The position numbers and the translations under genes were made by a program. From NCBI GenBank assembly GCA_037447605.1, contig CM074804.1:7417909-7481908 (forward strand): a stretch of 64,000 bases of DNA. Direction: 5' to 3'. Source of the DNA: Zygnema circumcarinatum SAG 698-1b. Taxonomy: Eukaryota > Plantae > Zygnematophyceae. Below are positions 50,639 through 64,000 of the stretch, one piece after another. Each line of letters begins with the position of its first letter. The stretch's first letter is position 1. The notes below the pieces were generated by a model. The model saw only the letters and a list, made by a program, of their open reading frames with translations. It made no database searches and was not told the origin of the DNA.

Positions 50639-53600
50639 TCACTTATTGGCATCTGCCGCCCTCAGCAGCCCTTGCAGCCCCTGCAGGGAGCCGGCCGCCC
50701 CTTTGCCCACCCTCTCCGCTTCTGCGGGCCACAGCGCAGCGGAGCTCCCCAAGGCCTCCTCACTCTGCTTCCTGCTGTTGAGCTGAATCTTCTCGATCAG
50801 CTGCCTTCGAGCCGACATGTCCTCTTCGTAGCTTACTGTCTGGCAGCCACCCACCATGTGACAAACACTCCAAGTAAGAAACACGCGTGATTCACAGGCA
50901 CATGTTCTGGCTAGACAGCTTAAGGAGGAAGGCCCATCTGCAAGGATTGAGGACCCACTCAACACAGGTTTTCCATGTCTTTACTGACTGATCTTCGGAT
51001 GGCTTTCAAACTTGATAAAAAAAACCAGGGCCAGTGGACGAGCCGTCATGGTCACAAAGAGACACCGAGATCCGCTAATTCATTTACGCGCGGGTTTCTG
51101 AGACCTCCCAAGTTCGACAAGCAACATGGCTTGTTGTTGTGGGTTGTTGGTTTTGGTTTTTGAAAGACATACAACTGGCCTGGTCACGTGAGTGCAATTC
51201 CCAATTTAAACTAATAACTCAGATGCCACTTGGGCTTGGAGACTTACGAGTTTTGGTTATGCAAATGCTCCAGGTTTTCCCTAAACCGGCACCTACGTTT
51301 TTGACATGAGAACAGGGCCTAATTTGGGAACATTTTTTATGAGAAGAGATAAAGAAGAAGCAATAATCTGTCAGCCTCAGTAAAAACCACGTGCGCCAGC
51401 CGAACATGAAAAATATTACTCAAAAGTGGCGGATTAGCTTAGAGTGGCTGGGCATGAGTAGTACCATTCAACTGCAGAGCAGAAAGGACATATCTGCCCG
51501 TACCGAGTGTACAACACTTCCAGAAGCTCGTGGAAAACTCATTCCGCAAATGTTCCATTCCAGAGAATAAAGAAGTAAACATGCGGGCGCACCTGAGATG
51601 CAGCTTGGGACTCTTGAAACCGCTCGTAGTCATCATCCTCTTTGATGGCAGTCCAACCATCTTCTGCAGCCGCATCTGGTTCACTGCACCACCGGCCAGT
51701 AAGTTGAGACTTAGAGCCCCATAACAGCAGCCGGAGTTCCTCGGTAGAAGAGACTGCGTGCAACTGCATGCACATCTCCACCTCATCTTCACGAGGCCCC
51801 TCAACACTATTTATAAAAGCTAACAATGCTTTATCCATACCCGCGCATCTATCCTCCTCAAGGGAAGTCAGCAAGGCCAGGACCCGTCAAATTCTGACAG
51901 GATTCACTTGCACTTACAAGAACAGCACCGACCTCCTTCGGCTTTGTTTATAAAAATTGAATGCAGTAAAAGCAAGTTCAGCTTCAGATACAGCTGATGC
52001 CATTAGCGGCCCAACTTGAGATCAAGTTCGAGTCGTCATTAGTACCTTGCATGGCTTCGCCATAGGCTGTTTGGCTTTAGCCGCTTCGGCACCAAGTGCT
52101 GATCTAATTCATCGCTCGTCCTCTTGCTGGATGATGTTGATTCAGGAGAGAACAACTGGAATAGCAAAAACGTAAATGAGAAGTTACCTGACCTTTTGTA
52201 ACGTCCCCGATTTTGCATCACAACACCACGCCAAGCACATTCACTTGCACAAACGACCGCTTCTCTCTCGTCTTCTCCAAACATCTCGTAAGGTAACCAG
52301 ACAAGGAACGAGAACGTACTCAAACCTTGCCAAAATAAAGGAGGAAAGAGTCCTGAGCAAGAAAAACGCAGCTGTATATCACTAATGATACCAAGGTCAG
52401 TGATTTTGTGAAGCACATACATTACAAGTCTCATCTGGAGCTGGAAGAGTCGCAGGTTCTTTTCCTTGCATGTGCATCAACACCTGGGCATAAGGTCCCC
52501 AAAAAATTAACAGGATCAGACAAACTCTTGCTAAAGGGATGACATTCCGCAGATTAAGTCCAAACTGTTTACTGCCAAATCCAAGACAAAGTGTAGGTTC
52601 AGAGCAGCCTTTAACTCCGGGTTACTCCGATATCATGCTTAGAATAAATATATCACCCTTCTCAATTCATATTGAGGCCAGCCACGAAAAGAAAGTAGCG
52701 ACGACACTCACCTTGCTGATCACAGCAGCCACATCTGGAGCATACTCTCTATCAGAATGAATTCCCTCTTTTTGAGAAGCAGCGGCCCTATCAAAACTCT
52801 TTGAGGCTGAACTCCCGTCAGTGCATGTGTCTACTGGCAAACCTGACATGTTTCCCCCCCAATCCACATCTGCAACTTCAGTTTTGAACAAAGAGCACTG
52901 AGACGGCCCACTTATGTAGACTGGTAAAATCAGGAGCAGCTAATTCTATATGGACACCTTGCCTATCTGAATTTTCTAACTTCACCAAATGTTAAGCCTT
53001 CCTCCATATCTAGGCTACAATCATAACAACATGACATCTTACCCCTTGGCTCCTGCAAGCCGCCAGTCTGTCTAGACTCGTTATGAGATGGTTCTTGTCT
53101 CAATAAGTCACTCTGACACCCATCTTCATGGGCCATCGTATCGAGGAGACCCCTTTTTGTAGATCTTGCGACAGTAGCTTCATTTCTCCCAACAGCAGAG
53201 TTTGAAGGCCGAGGAGGGAGCATGGTCTGCCGTCCAGTAGCGGCAATTGAATGCGCCACTTCAGCCTGCTCGGGCATATTCTTGTTTGCGCCCACTGGCT
53301 GATTGCTGCTACTAGGCAATGGGGGCGGAAATCGAGTTGTACCTTGCTGGCTCATTGAACCACGCGGGCCTTCTGTGGAAACACGGGAACATGAACAAGT
53401 GCATTGCTTAAGCAAGAGAAACAAATAGGATACTTGAGATGACAAAGCTTGACATATAAATTCATAAGTTTGTTCTTGTCTAAGCATTTCCTTGAGGCAC
53501 AATGGTATACCTACTGCCAGACAGCAGGCTAGATGCAAGTTGGAGATGTATCCACATCCGATCCACTGCTCTATTGATGTTATCGATGCTTGCAGGTCAG

Positions 53601-56600
53601 CGACGACCATTACCTTTCGAAGAATTGAAGGAGCAACTACGATTCTGGGAAGGGACTACTTGACTACTCGGATCCCACTGTGAACCCAATTCTCCAAAGC
53701 GCCCTGCTGCTAGGAGAGCTGCTTGTGTTGGATATTGCGTGGACAACTCCTCTCCTCCATCAATTTCAGCACTGATCGGCTCTCGTGGCTGAAAGCGTAA
53801 CGATGAAACCACCCTGTTCTGAAAAGTCAAAACAACTGCTCATCCTCGAGTTAGAAAGCTATTGTAATTAACGCCCTGAAGTGGCTGTTGACCCAATGCC
53901 CAACCCAAAAACTCCGCTACGGCAGGCAGAGACTCAAATATAGACAGAGACCATTGGTAAGGATGACTTAGTTCAACCATACAATTCCTGCTCAAGAAAG
54001 TCAGCTTCGGGTAAAGAAAAAATATAGTAGTATAATGTCCACAATCAGATTAACAGCTTCCCACTGCAACACAAACCTTTTACTCAAACTTAGAGGGGAT
54101 AATGGTGCATGAATGGAGTTAGTGTTCTCAGCCAAGACTCAGACGTGAAATCCTTCAGAAGTGTAGCACATCCTTTTCGTCTGTCAGGTGCCCAGTCTAG
54201 AGGTCAAGTTGAATGGCCATATACCTCAGCTACACAAGCGAATAGCCAATCAACTGTGACCACCTGGATCCCCCACGTAATAGCCGTCCTGCACTTCTCT
54301 CCTTGAGCATAGGGACATAGTAAATGTGTCACTCGTTTGGTTAACTTCTCTGTCACTTTGGCACCGAGGCAGAAACTTAAATTGCGCATAAGCTCCCGTT
54401 CTTGGTTGCCGTAGAGAGAAACACAGACTGTAAAGGCTGTGAACCCTGGTAAAGGAACATCGCAAGTCAACGGTCGATAAATTATATGCTGTGTTGGATC
54501 AAGAAGCTTTCGTTCCTGTGCAATCGGAATCACCGAACAAAAGTCAGCTAGAAAGTTGACTTTGAGCCAGTTAAATCAATTATTCTCTGGATGCCATTCT
54601 TGATTGGGGAAAGCTGCAAACAATGTCACCTTATGACGGAGAACATGGAAACCGTCGAATACAAGAGTGCTCTTTGCGACCAAGAGAGTAAATGCCTATT
54701 CGGTAGTTCTTACGGATCACAGCGACTTACGTGAACAGAAGCAACCAGCCAATGATATGAAACCAAGTTCTCATCCTTGACAACTGCTCCTCGATTTCCA
54801 TGGTTGCCAATGGTGTAAGTTGGAATGCCTTTTCCAGGTTCAAAAATACAACCGCCTTCCTTTCTGATTGTTTCCGTGGCTAAGTGTTGCTGTCATAAAA
54901 ATCCCAAGAACAAGGCAGCATATCACAATGAATTCATCAGAGAAATATTTTGCATCGGCAATGGATAAAATGGCAGCGACTAGTTTACGCACGACAGACA
55001 TGCCAGATTCCTTGATCACACTCTGCTCACTGACTTGCACTTCGACACACAGAAGTAACAACGTATATCATCATTGATAGCCTTCTTGCATTTTCCTTGC
55101 AAAGATCATCAATCGCATCCGTGAAACACCAATATGGTCGCCCATCTTGGAATGAGGACTCACCGTTTCTGCCGGTAGACTGTCTTCAAAGCCGAATGTG
55201 CATCCCTCAAAGAGTTTTTTGCTCGCCAGATTTCTGGAACCTTCATCAAGCTTCTTCAAGGTCTTGCACTCCACTGCTGGTGGTCTCATTTGATTTTCTT
55301 CCAAACAACTCCCCAAGTCAGAAACTGCTGACATGTTTTCTGAGGACGGCTTGTTGCCAGCGCTGCACGTCACTTGTTCATTGGTAGTTCTTCCCTTCAG
55401 GTGACTTCTTGGAAATGGAAGCCATCCATTGGTGGTATCTCGTTGTGGTTTACTGCCATGCGCTGTGTGATCGGTGGCGCTATCAGTGGCGACTAACTCA
55501 GGATGTTGCTGTTTTTTGGAAAGCAACTCAGCTCCTGCAGTCCTTCCTCCAGTATCAACAGCATGTGGAGGAACTGCATCAGCCAAACAAGGCACACGAA
55601 CCTCAGTATAGCAAACTTTGCTAGTAAGGCAGCACTCCTCCGCTTGGATCAGAAGCAAATACTCAAATCATTACGATCTCGACCAAGTTGGTGGAAAAAG
55701 TTTTTACCTTGCTTAGGTCCAAAGGAAACAGTATATTGAGGCTCTACTGGTAGTTGTTGCCTTGCATGAACAGAGTCCCGTAACCACGTGGCCCAGACAA
55801 TATTGCAGGTGCCCATTACCTCAAGCCGTCGAAGATGAGTTCTTGCCCTGTCAATGTTGTCAAAAGGCAGAAAGCAACCGCTGGCCGTAAACGTGACGTC
55901 TTGAAATACAACAGATGAGAGTGCTGGCTATTGAGGGATGCAACATGAGGTCTACATGTGAGAGCACATGGATAAGAGCTGACCTTTTCGGATTTACAAT
56001 GAAAACAATGTGCAGTTAAAAGCCTTTGACGACAAACATTTAACTTGCTCGTTTGGCAGGCTCAGACATTCTATATCTATGGAAAGCATATTAGTAGTAA
56101 AGATCATACCCTTCAGTCAAGCTGCTGACCACAACGTGAGTCACAGAGTCGTTACATTGCACAAATCTTGTCCCTCCTCCAGCTGTTATCAATCGAACAG
56201 CTGCTTTCTCCTCTGCAGAATTGAAGCCTACAAGATGTATTCTGCAAGCTGATAAATACATGTCATCGACATCTTCTCCAGTGGCCGCCTTTTCTAGATC
56301 CACGAAGCTATGCGTATTCAATTTCCCAGTTTCGAACAGTAACGATTCTTGGGCTGCCCTTTGTGAATTAGAGAGCTTTCCAGAGACTTCTCCAACAGGA
56401 AAAGTGCCTTCGATTCTATTTTCGTGGGTTAAGGCACTCAATATCGGTCTCTCGGCCTCTGTGGATGTCTCGCTGGGAGTGCCTCTCACGCGTGATGAAG
56501 ACATAATTCCCTCCGCTTGGTCTGATTGAACTGAAGACTCAGGCACCATAAAGTTCTCTTCGGGCAGGCACTCTGCGAAAAGAAACAGCGCATACAAGAA

Positions 56601-59600
56601 CTGTGAGATAACATGCGTTCCAAAACCGCTGCTAATCGAGCCTCTCCCTGCTTTATGGTATGCTATTTAGATAGTGAAATTTACAGCAGGCCTCGTCTCT
56701 AAACCGTCAGAAAGAACCTCAGTTGTGTAATTTATACTACTGTCATCCAGCTGTTAACAATGGACTAGACATGCGTTGCATGCATTTACGTCCTAAAGTA
56801 AAGACGCAAGTTCATAGCAAGACCAATATGACGGAAAACAGCAACTTAAAGCAACCGAAATAACTAGCGCATACTTCGAATTGCCAAGGAACTGGAAGAA
56901 TTTCAGAAGACAAACAAGACTGAAAACGTCCTCACTGACGATTAAAAGTTTCAAAAGACTGGAGAGGCATATGAGCAAAATACTCAATAACCAACTCTCA
57001 AATTGAACCTGTAAATCTAAATTCTCACTTGCCTTTGGCCGCCACAGATTGCCAGATCCAATTAGGTGAAACAACTTTCTTTTCCCATTCCTTTGCTTTG
57101 AAGTATTTCTGACCTTGGCCTGAGTTTTTCGAAGTCAAGGTCTTTCCCAGGGCACTCCAATGAGCCTTTGAAAACTGAGCTGTTGCAAATGCATGGCTAG
57201 AACTGGAATCACGTATCACACTAAGTATTCCAATTACGTTTTCTAGGTAGCAACAATCGAACAGTTTGCGTCATTATTCATCAGCAACCTGAAAACATAC
57301 AAAGTAGTTTCAGCCAAACTCTGCTATAACGAAAGCATGCCCCAGCTACGCATGCAGAGAATAATCACCTGCAAAGCACGTTCAAGTGCGAGAAGCATAA
57401 TTCAGAATTTTTTTTTACAGAAGTGGGCCACAATAGGCGCCCAAAAATTTGAAATGGACTGGACGGGAAGGAATTGAACGGAAAGAATCAGGATATGAAA
57501 GCAACAAGATGTGTAGACTTTGATCTCTCCAGTTCCGCCATGAATTCGCCGCCATTTTGTGTGATAACCGCTTGGAGTTGAGCTCGATTGGCTGGATGCA
57601 TCATGCAGAAATATCAAAAAATCAATCCGTTCTTTTTAGAGAACAAGCTTGCATCCAGGGCAACTTAAACCCAGCACATTCAAAAAAGGTAGACTTAGAA
57701 TCGCCACCTATTTTCTGCCTTAGCTAAGCTCAGACCTCATCTCTACCGACATCATTCTGCTGCATACAAGAACACGCGGCAAACGGAGATGTGGCATTGA
57801 TCTCACGATGGCGATGCCATCAACTGTACATGGACAAAATTATCATGGGGAACCAAGAGGAACTGTCGCGAAGGACCTAAGGACAAGAGAAAAAAGCTAG
57901 GAGCGGAACACAGAACTTGACTATCTGAACATTCGGCTTTCTGGCTAAAATAGACAACTTCAAACAAATTTAAAAAAAGTCCGAAGTTTAAGATCGCACC
58001 AGAGCCTTTTATTCCTGTTGTACAAATTCTCAAGCCTGTGAAGCATGCCAGCCGGTGTGCATCAACGGATACAAGGCGATGTTCTGACCAGCATTGGCTT
58101 AACCAATCAAGTCCCACCACAGGCTTTTTGCTCCGAACTGCCCACTGCAAAATGCGATTGTCGTATGATTCAGAGAACTACATGTAGCCAGTTAACCCAG
58201 TGTGTCCTCTAAAAAGGTGTATCTTGGTATTCAAATTAATTGCTTAGGGAACCTCGTCGAACGGGAGCGATTCAGCAATCTCACTAGGACCTTTTCCTTG
58301 TGAGTTAATCTACAAGTGCAACTTTTTTTCATAACAAAGATCAAGGAAAGGGGTCGTCTTCGAAAAACTGCCTAGTCAATTCAAAGAGAATGAAGGAAAA
58401 CGAAATAGCAGAGAATTCTGGAATTTAAGGTTTGAGACCAAACCCTGTACTTTTGACACGTTACATCCCTGGCGATGATAAAATCCGGATCGTGAGACAC
58501 TTTATCAACGTAGTTTCCATTCATCCATTCAATTTTTCGTCGTATTTGAGCCTGGATCATCAGCATGCCGAAGCCAGATTCCCAAGTTCCTTAGATGCAG
58601 ATTTTCTGCAAACGTAGCAGAAAACTGACTCGAATCCTTAGTTGCTCTACTACCACGACGGCTGCTTCGCGAGCATTGGACAGCATGAGGCAGCTACCTC
58701 ACAATGAAAAAGAAAATAATGGAGAATAAGGTGATTGTATGCATTCCTCCTTAGCTAAAATGCAGGCCCTCCGTGTCTTTCTTCTGTCACAAATATCTTT
58801 CGGATTAGCGAACGTCTCTGAAGAAAAACTCACCCGTTCGGTTGCAGTGAATCCAGAACACAGTATCTTGACTCCATTCATACACGTGCAGCAAGTTGCC
58901 ACTTTTCGTCTGGGGAAGTCGACAAATGGCTTGGCCCTCAGGCACGCCAATGCACATGCTATTCCTGAGAAGAGTTCAAACGAAAGTGCTCGTATTCAAC
59001 GTGCTGGTTAAATAACTAATTGAATAAATAACATGCGCAGTCTCCAACGAATACCCGAAGGTGAGCTACATCCCGCATGAACAGATGAGAACTTGGAAAA
59101 GAATCCTCACCGATTACATTGGCACCAGCTGCTTGCAGCTTGTAGAAATCATCCTGAACAACCACGGTGGATGATGTAAGTTCAAGTCCTTGTACAACGG
59201 TGGAGCAATAGCAGGCAGCTGAACAACACCTTGACGAGTGCGGCACGAACATCCCTTTTCCTATTCGAGCGTGGCATTTTAGCAACCAACTGTCTTTGAC
59301 CCCGTCGCTTGCATCCTGAAAATAAATGCTTCAGGAAATAAAAATGTGAAATTGCAGAACGTGACTAGAGTACGGCTAATCAAAGCTGCACAAATCTATC
59401 TTCAGTGCAAGAAAAGGGATGAATCACTCTTACTGGTTAACTCCAATGAACTTACCGAGTCAAACGTTTGCACTACATGGACGTCATTTTCCTCGCAACA
59501 CAGTGCATCTGTCCCCCATTCAAACTCCAAGCCCGCCTCCTGCAGCCTTTTGACGATTTCCACTTTCGCGCGGTGATTCTCCAGCTCTCTAGACAAGAAA

Positions 59601-59623
59601 ACTCGCCAACCTTTGGGAGTCAT
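50639..59623 (-). CDS. TOPBP1: DNA topoisomerase II-binding protein 1 (TOPBP1/MEI1-like), multi-BRCT, multi-exon
   Basis: Several BRCT signatures: MNGVKILCSGFTATER, VVGLDWLSQCWSEHRLV, VVSPNWIWQSV, and ERELMRNLSFCLGAKVTEKLTKRVTHLLC...WGIQVVTVDWLFAC. Plant-type C-terminus QTVSYEEDMSARRQLIEKI. Confidence 0.88.
57785..57907 (+). mobile_element. Copy 5 of the ~130-bp dispersed repeat, in a TOPBP1 intron
   Basis: GTGGCATTGATCTCACGATGGCGATGCCATCAACTGTACATGGAC...AAGGACCTAAG..AAAAAAGCTAGGAGCGGAA aligns with 12211-12332. Confidence 0.8.
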
Positions 59624-59657
59624 CCTCCCTACTAACAAACAGAAACCCTGCTTCCTG

Positions 59658-60083
59658 ATTCCCGCAAATACTCAATCTGCAACACGCCAGGGAACTGAGA
59701 GACGCCAAAAGTCAGCTCTCCATCTCCCTCCCCTCCCCCTCCCCCTCCCCCTCCCCCTCCCTCCCCTCCCCCTCCCTCCCTCCCTCCCTCCCCTCCCCCT
59801 CCCTCCCCTCCCCCTCCCTCCCTCCCCTCCCCTCCCCTCCCCCTCCCCCTCCCTCCTTCTCTCCCTCTCCCTGCCTCCCCCTCCGTCCCGAGAGCGCGGG
59901 CTCTGCGGGCCTCCCACGCCAGCTCAGGCGCAAAAAAGTACTACGCCGCCTGCGCCATGCCCAGACGACACAATGTGTGACCTATACAATATATCCTACG
60001 TGGCTGGCTATGATTGGCTTATAGCACAGTGTTTTAACCCTGAATGTCGTCCTCCCGATTCCCGACCCAATTCAATTTCCCGC
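59658..60083. promoter_or_regulatory. E2F-type sites upstream of TOPBP1
   Basis: TTTCCCGC at 60076-60083 and ATTCCCGC at 59658-59665. Confidence 0.4.
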
Positions 60084-60517
60084 CCACCAAACTTGAAAGC
60101 GGCTCCGTGTGTCCCCTCCGCAGAGCACGGCCTCCACGACTGCGGCTGGAAGGACCTATCACAGCACGCCATGTCAGCAAATATGCCACATGGCAAACCA
60201 TGATTGGTCTCGTCAACAGGGTACCTTCAACGGAGCTCACTCCCAAACAGTGCCTCGCTGTGCCGTACTGATTCGTACAGGCCCTGCCTCGCACGTGTGG
60301 AGGCGCGAGGCCATTCGAAAGTTCGCGTGCCATGTGATTCGCGTGGGCCAGTGGCGAGGCACCACGTGGCCCGCAGCTTCCGCGCAGCCTCCAGCCCGGG
60401 GAGGGAGGGAGCTGGGCCCCGTTCGCCTTAAGACGGGGGGGGTGGCTGTAGAGGGAACGAGGGAGGGAGGGAAAAAGGGTGGAGGTGAAAGGAGGGGAAG
60501 CTGCAGCGAGCACAGCC

Positions 60518-60674
60518 ATGGCGGCCGCTCTTCATGACATCGGGAGGCTGCTGCTTGGGCTCCTGCTGCTGCTGCTGCGCCCGCTCCTACCGCTTGGAAT
60601 GGAGGGCGTGGCCTTGGACGGGGCGGCGGAGAAGGCGTGCTTCCATGGCGCGCAGGAGCCGCGGGCGCAGCTTG
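60518..60674 (+). CDS. Possible first exon of a secreted or membrane protein; remainder not resolved
   Basis: GCCATGG start context. MAAALHDIGRLLLGLLLLLLRPLLPLGMEG has a hydrophobic signal-like stretch. Donor G|GTAGG at 60675. Confidence 0.35.
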
Positions 60675-61312
60675 GTAGGCTTTCCGTGCTGGGGGGGTGG
60701 AGGGGAGGGCTTTCAATCTGGAGGGACTTTTTCCGGGTGGGGGAGCCTCTGGTTGGCGCCGGGGAGATGGCCGCCCTTGGACCCGGGGCAGAGGCGGCCA
60801 CGTGGCATGCAATTGGGAAGGGAACCAGATTGTTCCGTAACTAGATCACAGAACGTCAGTTTCTCCGTTCTCAATCAATCGGATCCAGGGATCGAATTAA
60901 GGTCATAGGTTTTTTTTGTTATGTATCTGATAGGTTTAAAGGGATTGACTTTTTTTTTTTTTTTTTTTTTGGATATGGAGGCGGTGAGGAAGTTAGTTTT
61001 CTGAACGAAGCCAGAGAAGGGGTGATGGTTCTGAGGCATCATCGCATGTAAATAAATCACTGCTTCTTCAATATTCGTAATTCTATTTTCTATAGGCTTT
61101 TCTTACCTTTGCAGTTATTATGGGCATCCTGCACTGTTTAAAGCCTCCTGCGCGGATAACCCAATTGTTGCATCATCATCATACCATGCAAACCACTCAT
61201 ACAGCTTCCATCAGCATCAGCATGCAAGCAGGCTTCGTCCCTCATACTCATCTAAAGTTTGCGCCAATTCTGTCACTCATTCCACGACTAGTACCTAGCT
61301 CCCTCTCCTTTA

Positions 61313-61417
61313 TTCTTCTTCTTCTTCTTCTTCTTCTTCTTCTTCTTCTTCTTCTTCTTCTTCTTCTTCTTCTTCTTCTTCTTCTTCTTCTTCTTCTTCT
61401 TCTTCTTCTTCTTCTTC
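61313..61417. repeat. (CTT)n microsatellite, ~35 units
   Basis: Direct reading. Confidence 0.97.
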
Positions 61418-61971
61418 CTTTCTACTTTTACCAAAGCGGTCATGATCAAGATACCCCAATTTTTAACCTTCCCCATTCAACCCCCCCCCCCCATCCCTCC
61501 CTCCCCTTAGTTTCCACCACACACACCCACAAGCCGCCCCACTTGCAGCTTCCCTGCCGTACAATCTCCTTTCATTTCGAGGATACGACAAATTTCACGT
61601 TGCGTCACGCGAACTTCCCATTGGTCCACGTGTCGCGTTCCCGCAACGGAACGCGCTGCATGGAGCCCGACGTCGGAGCGGACGAAGCTTCCTAGGAAGC
61701 TTCCCCGCAGCGTCGCGTTAGCTGCCGCTCGATTCGCGACTGTAACGCGATCGCTCGGCCGTCGCTATTGCCACGTGACGCCACGTGGCGCCGTGACAGC
61801 CGTCCGATTTGCCAGATCGTCATCGGGCGGTCACCGGTGACTCTGCTTGAGAGCAGTTTGGGAGGGACCCATTTTGGAAATAGTAATTGTCCAGGATTGA
61901 GGATTTGGCATCCTGAATTTTTTTTGGGCACCAACGAAAATTCTTACCAGCCTTCCCACCCAAGGACACAC

Positions 61972-64000
<2,029 letters not shown>

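Noticed and set aside
61250-61310. RLVPSS resembling a CLE peptide motif
   Set aside because: Lacks the GP(N/D)P..H/N half and runs into a microsatellite.

Overview
Eukaryotic nuclear DNA with intron-rich GT-AG genes, GA/CT simple repeats and three N gaps. Gene content suggests a streptophyte green alga or early-diverging plant (inference, not a database result). Gene order: 3' exons of ATP11 (+), bacterial-type PEPC (-), RIOX1/NO66 JmjC oxygenase (+), an intronless secreted PstS-type phosphate-binding protein (+), U5 snRNP 40 kDa WD40 protein (-), an SS5-type non-canonical starch synthase that keeps its C-terminal domain (-), an MBOAT wax-ester/sterol acyltransferase (-), an ElaA/YjcF-like GNAT (+), an unidentified multi-exon gene (-), ISD11/LYRM4 (+), TOPBP1 (-), and a possible signal-peptide exon (+) ahead of a >2 kb (GA)n tract. 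The most unusual non-coding feature is a ~1.9 kb array at 742-2606 of alternating AACCA/TGGTT hairpin modules. It has 81-bp inverted arms, 43/57-bp higher-order units and a 229-bp exact internal duplication, and lies upstream of the ATP11 exons (probably intronic). The window also holds a ~130-bp dispersed repeat (5 copies), a pogo-like MITE, a hAT-like MITE and a dense G-box cluster. Most short ORFs in the supplied track are repeat or opposite-strand artefacts. Exon boundaries were read by hand, and no alignments or searches were run.
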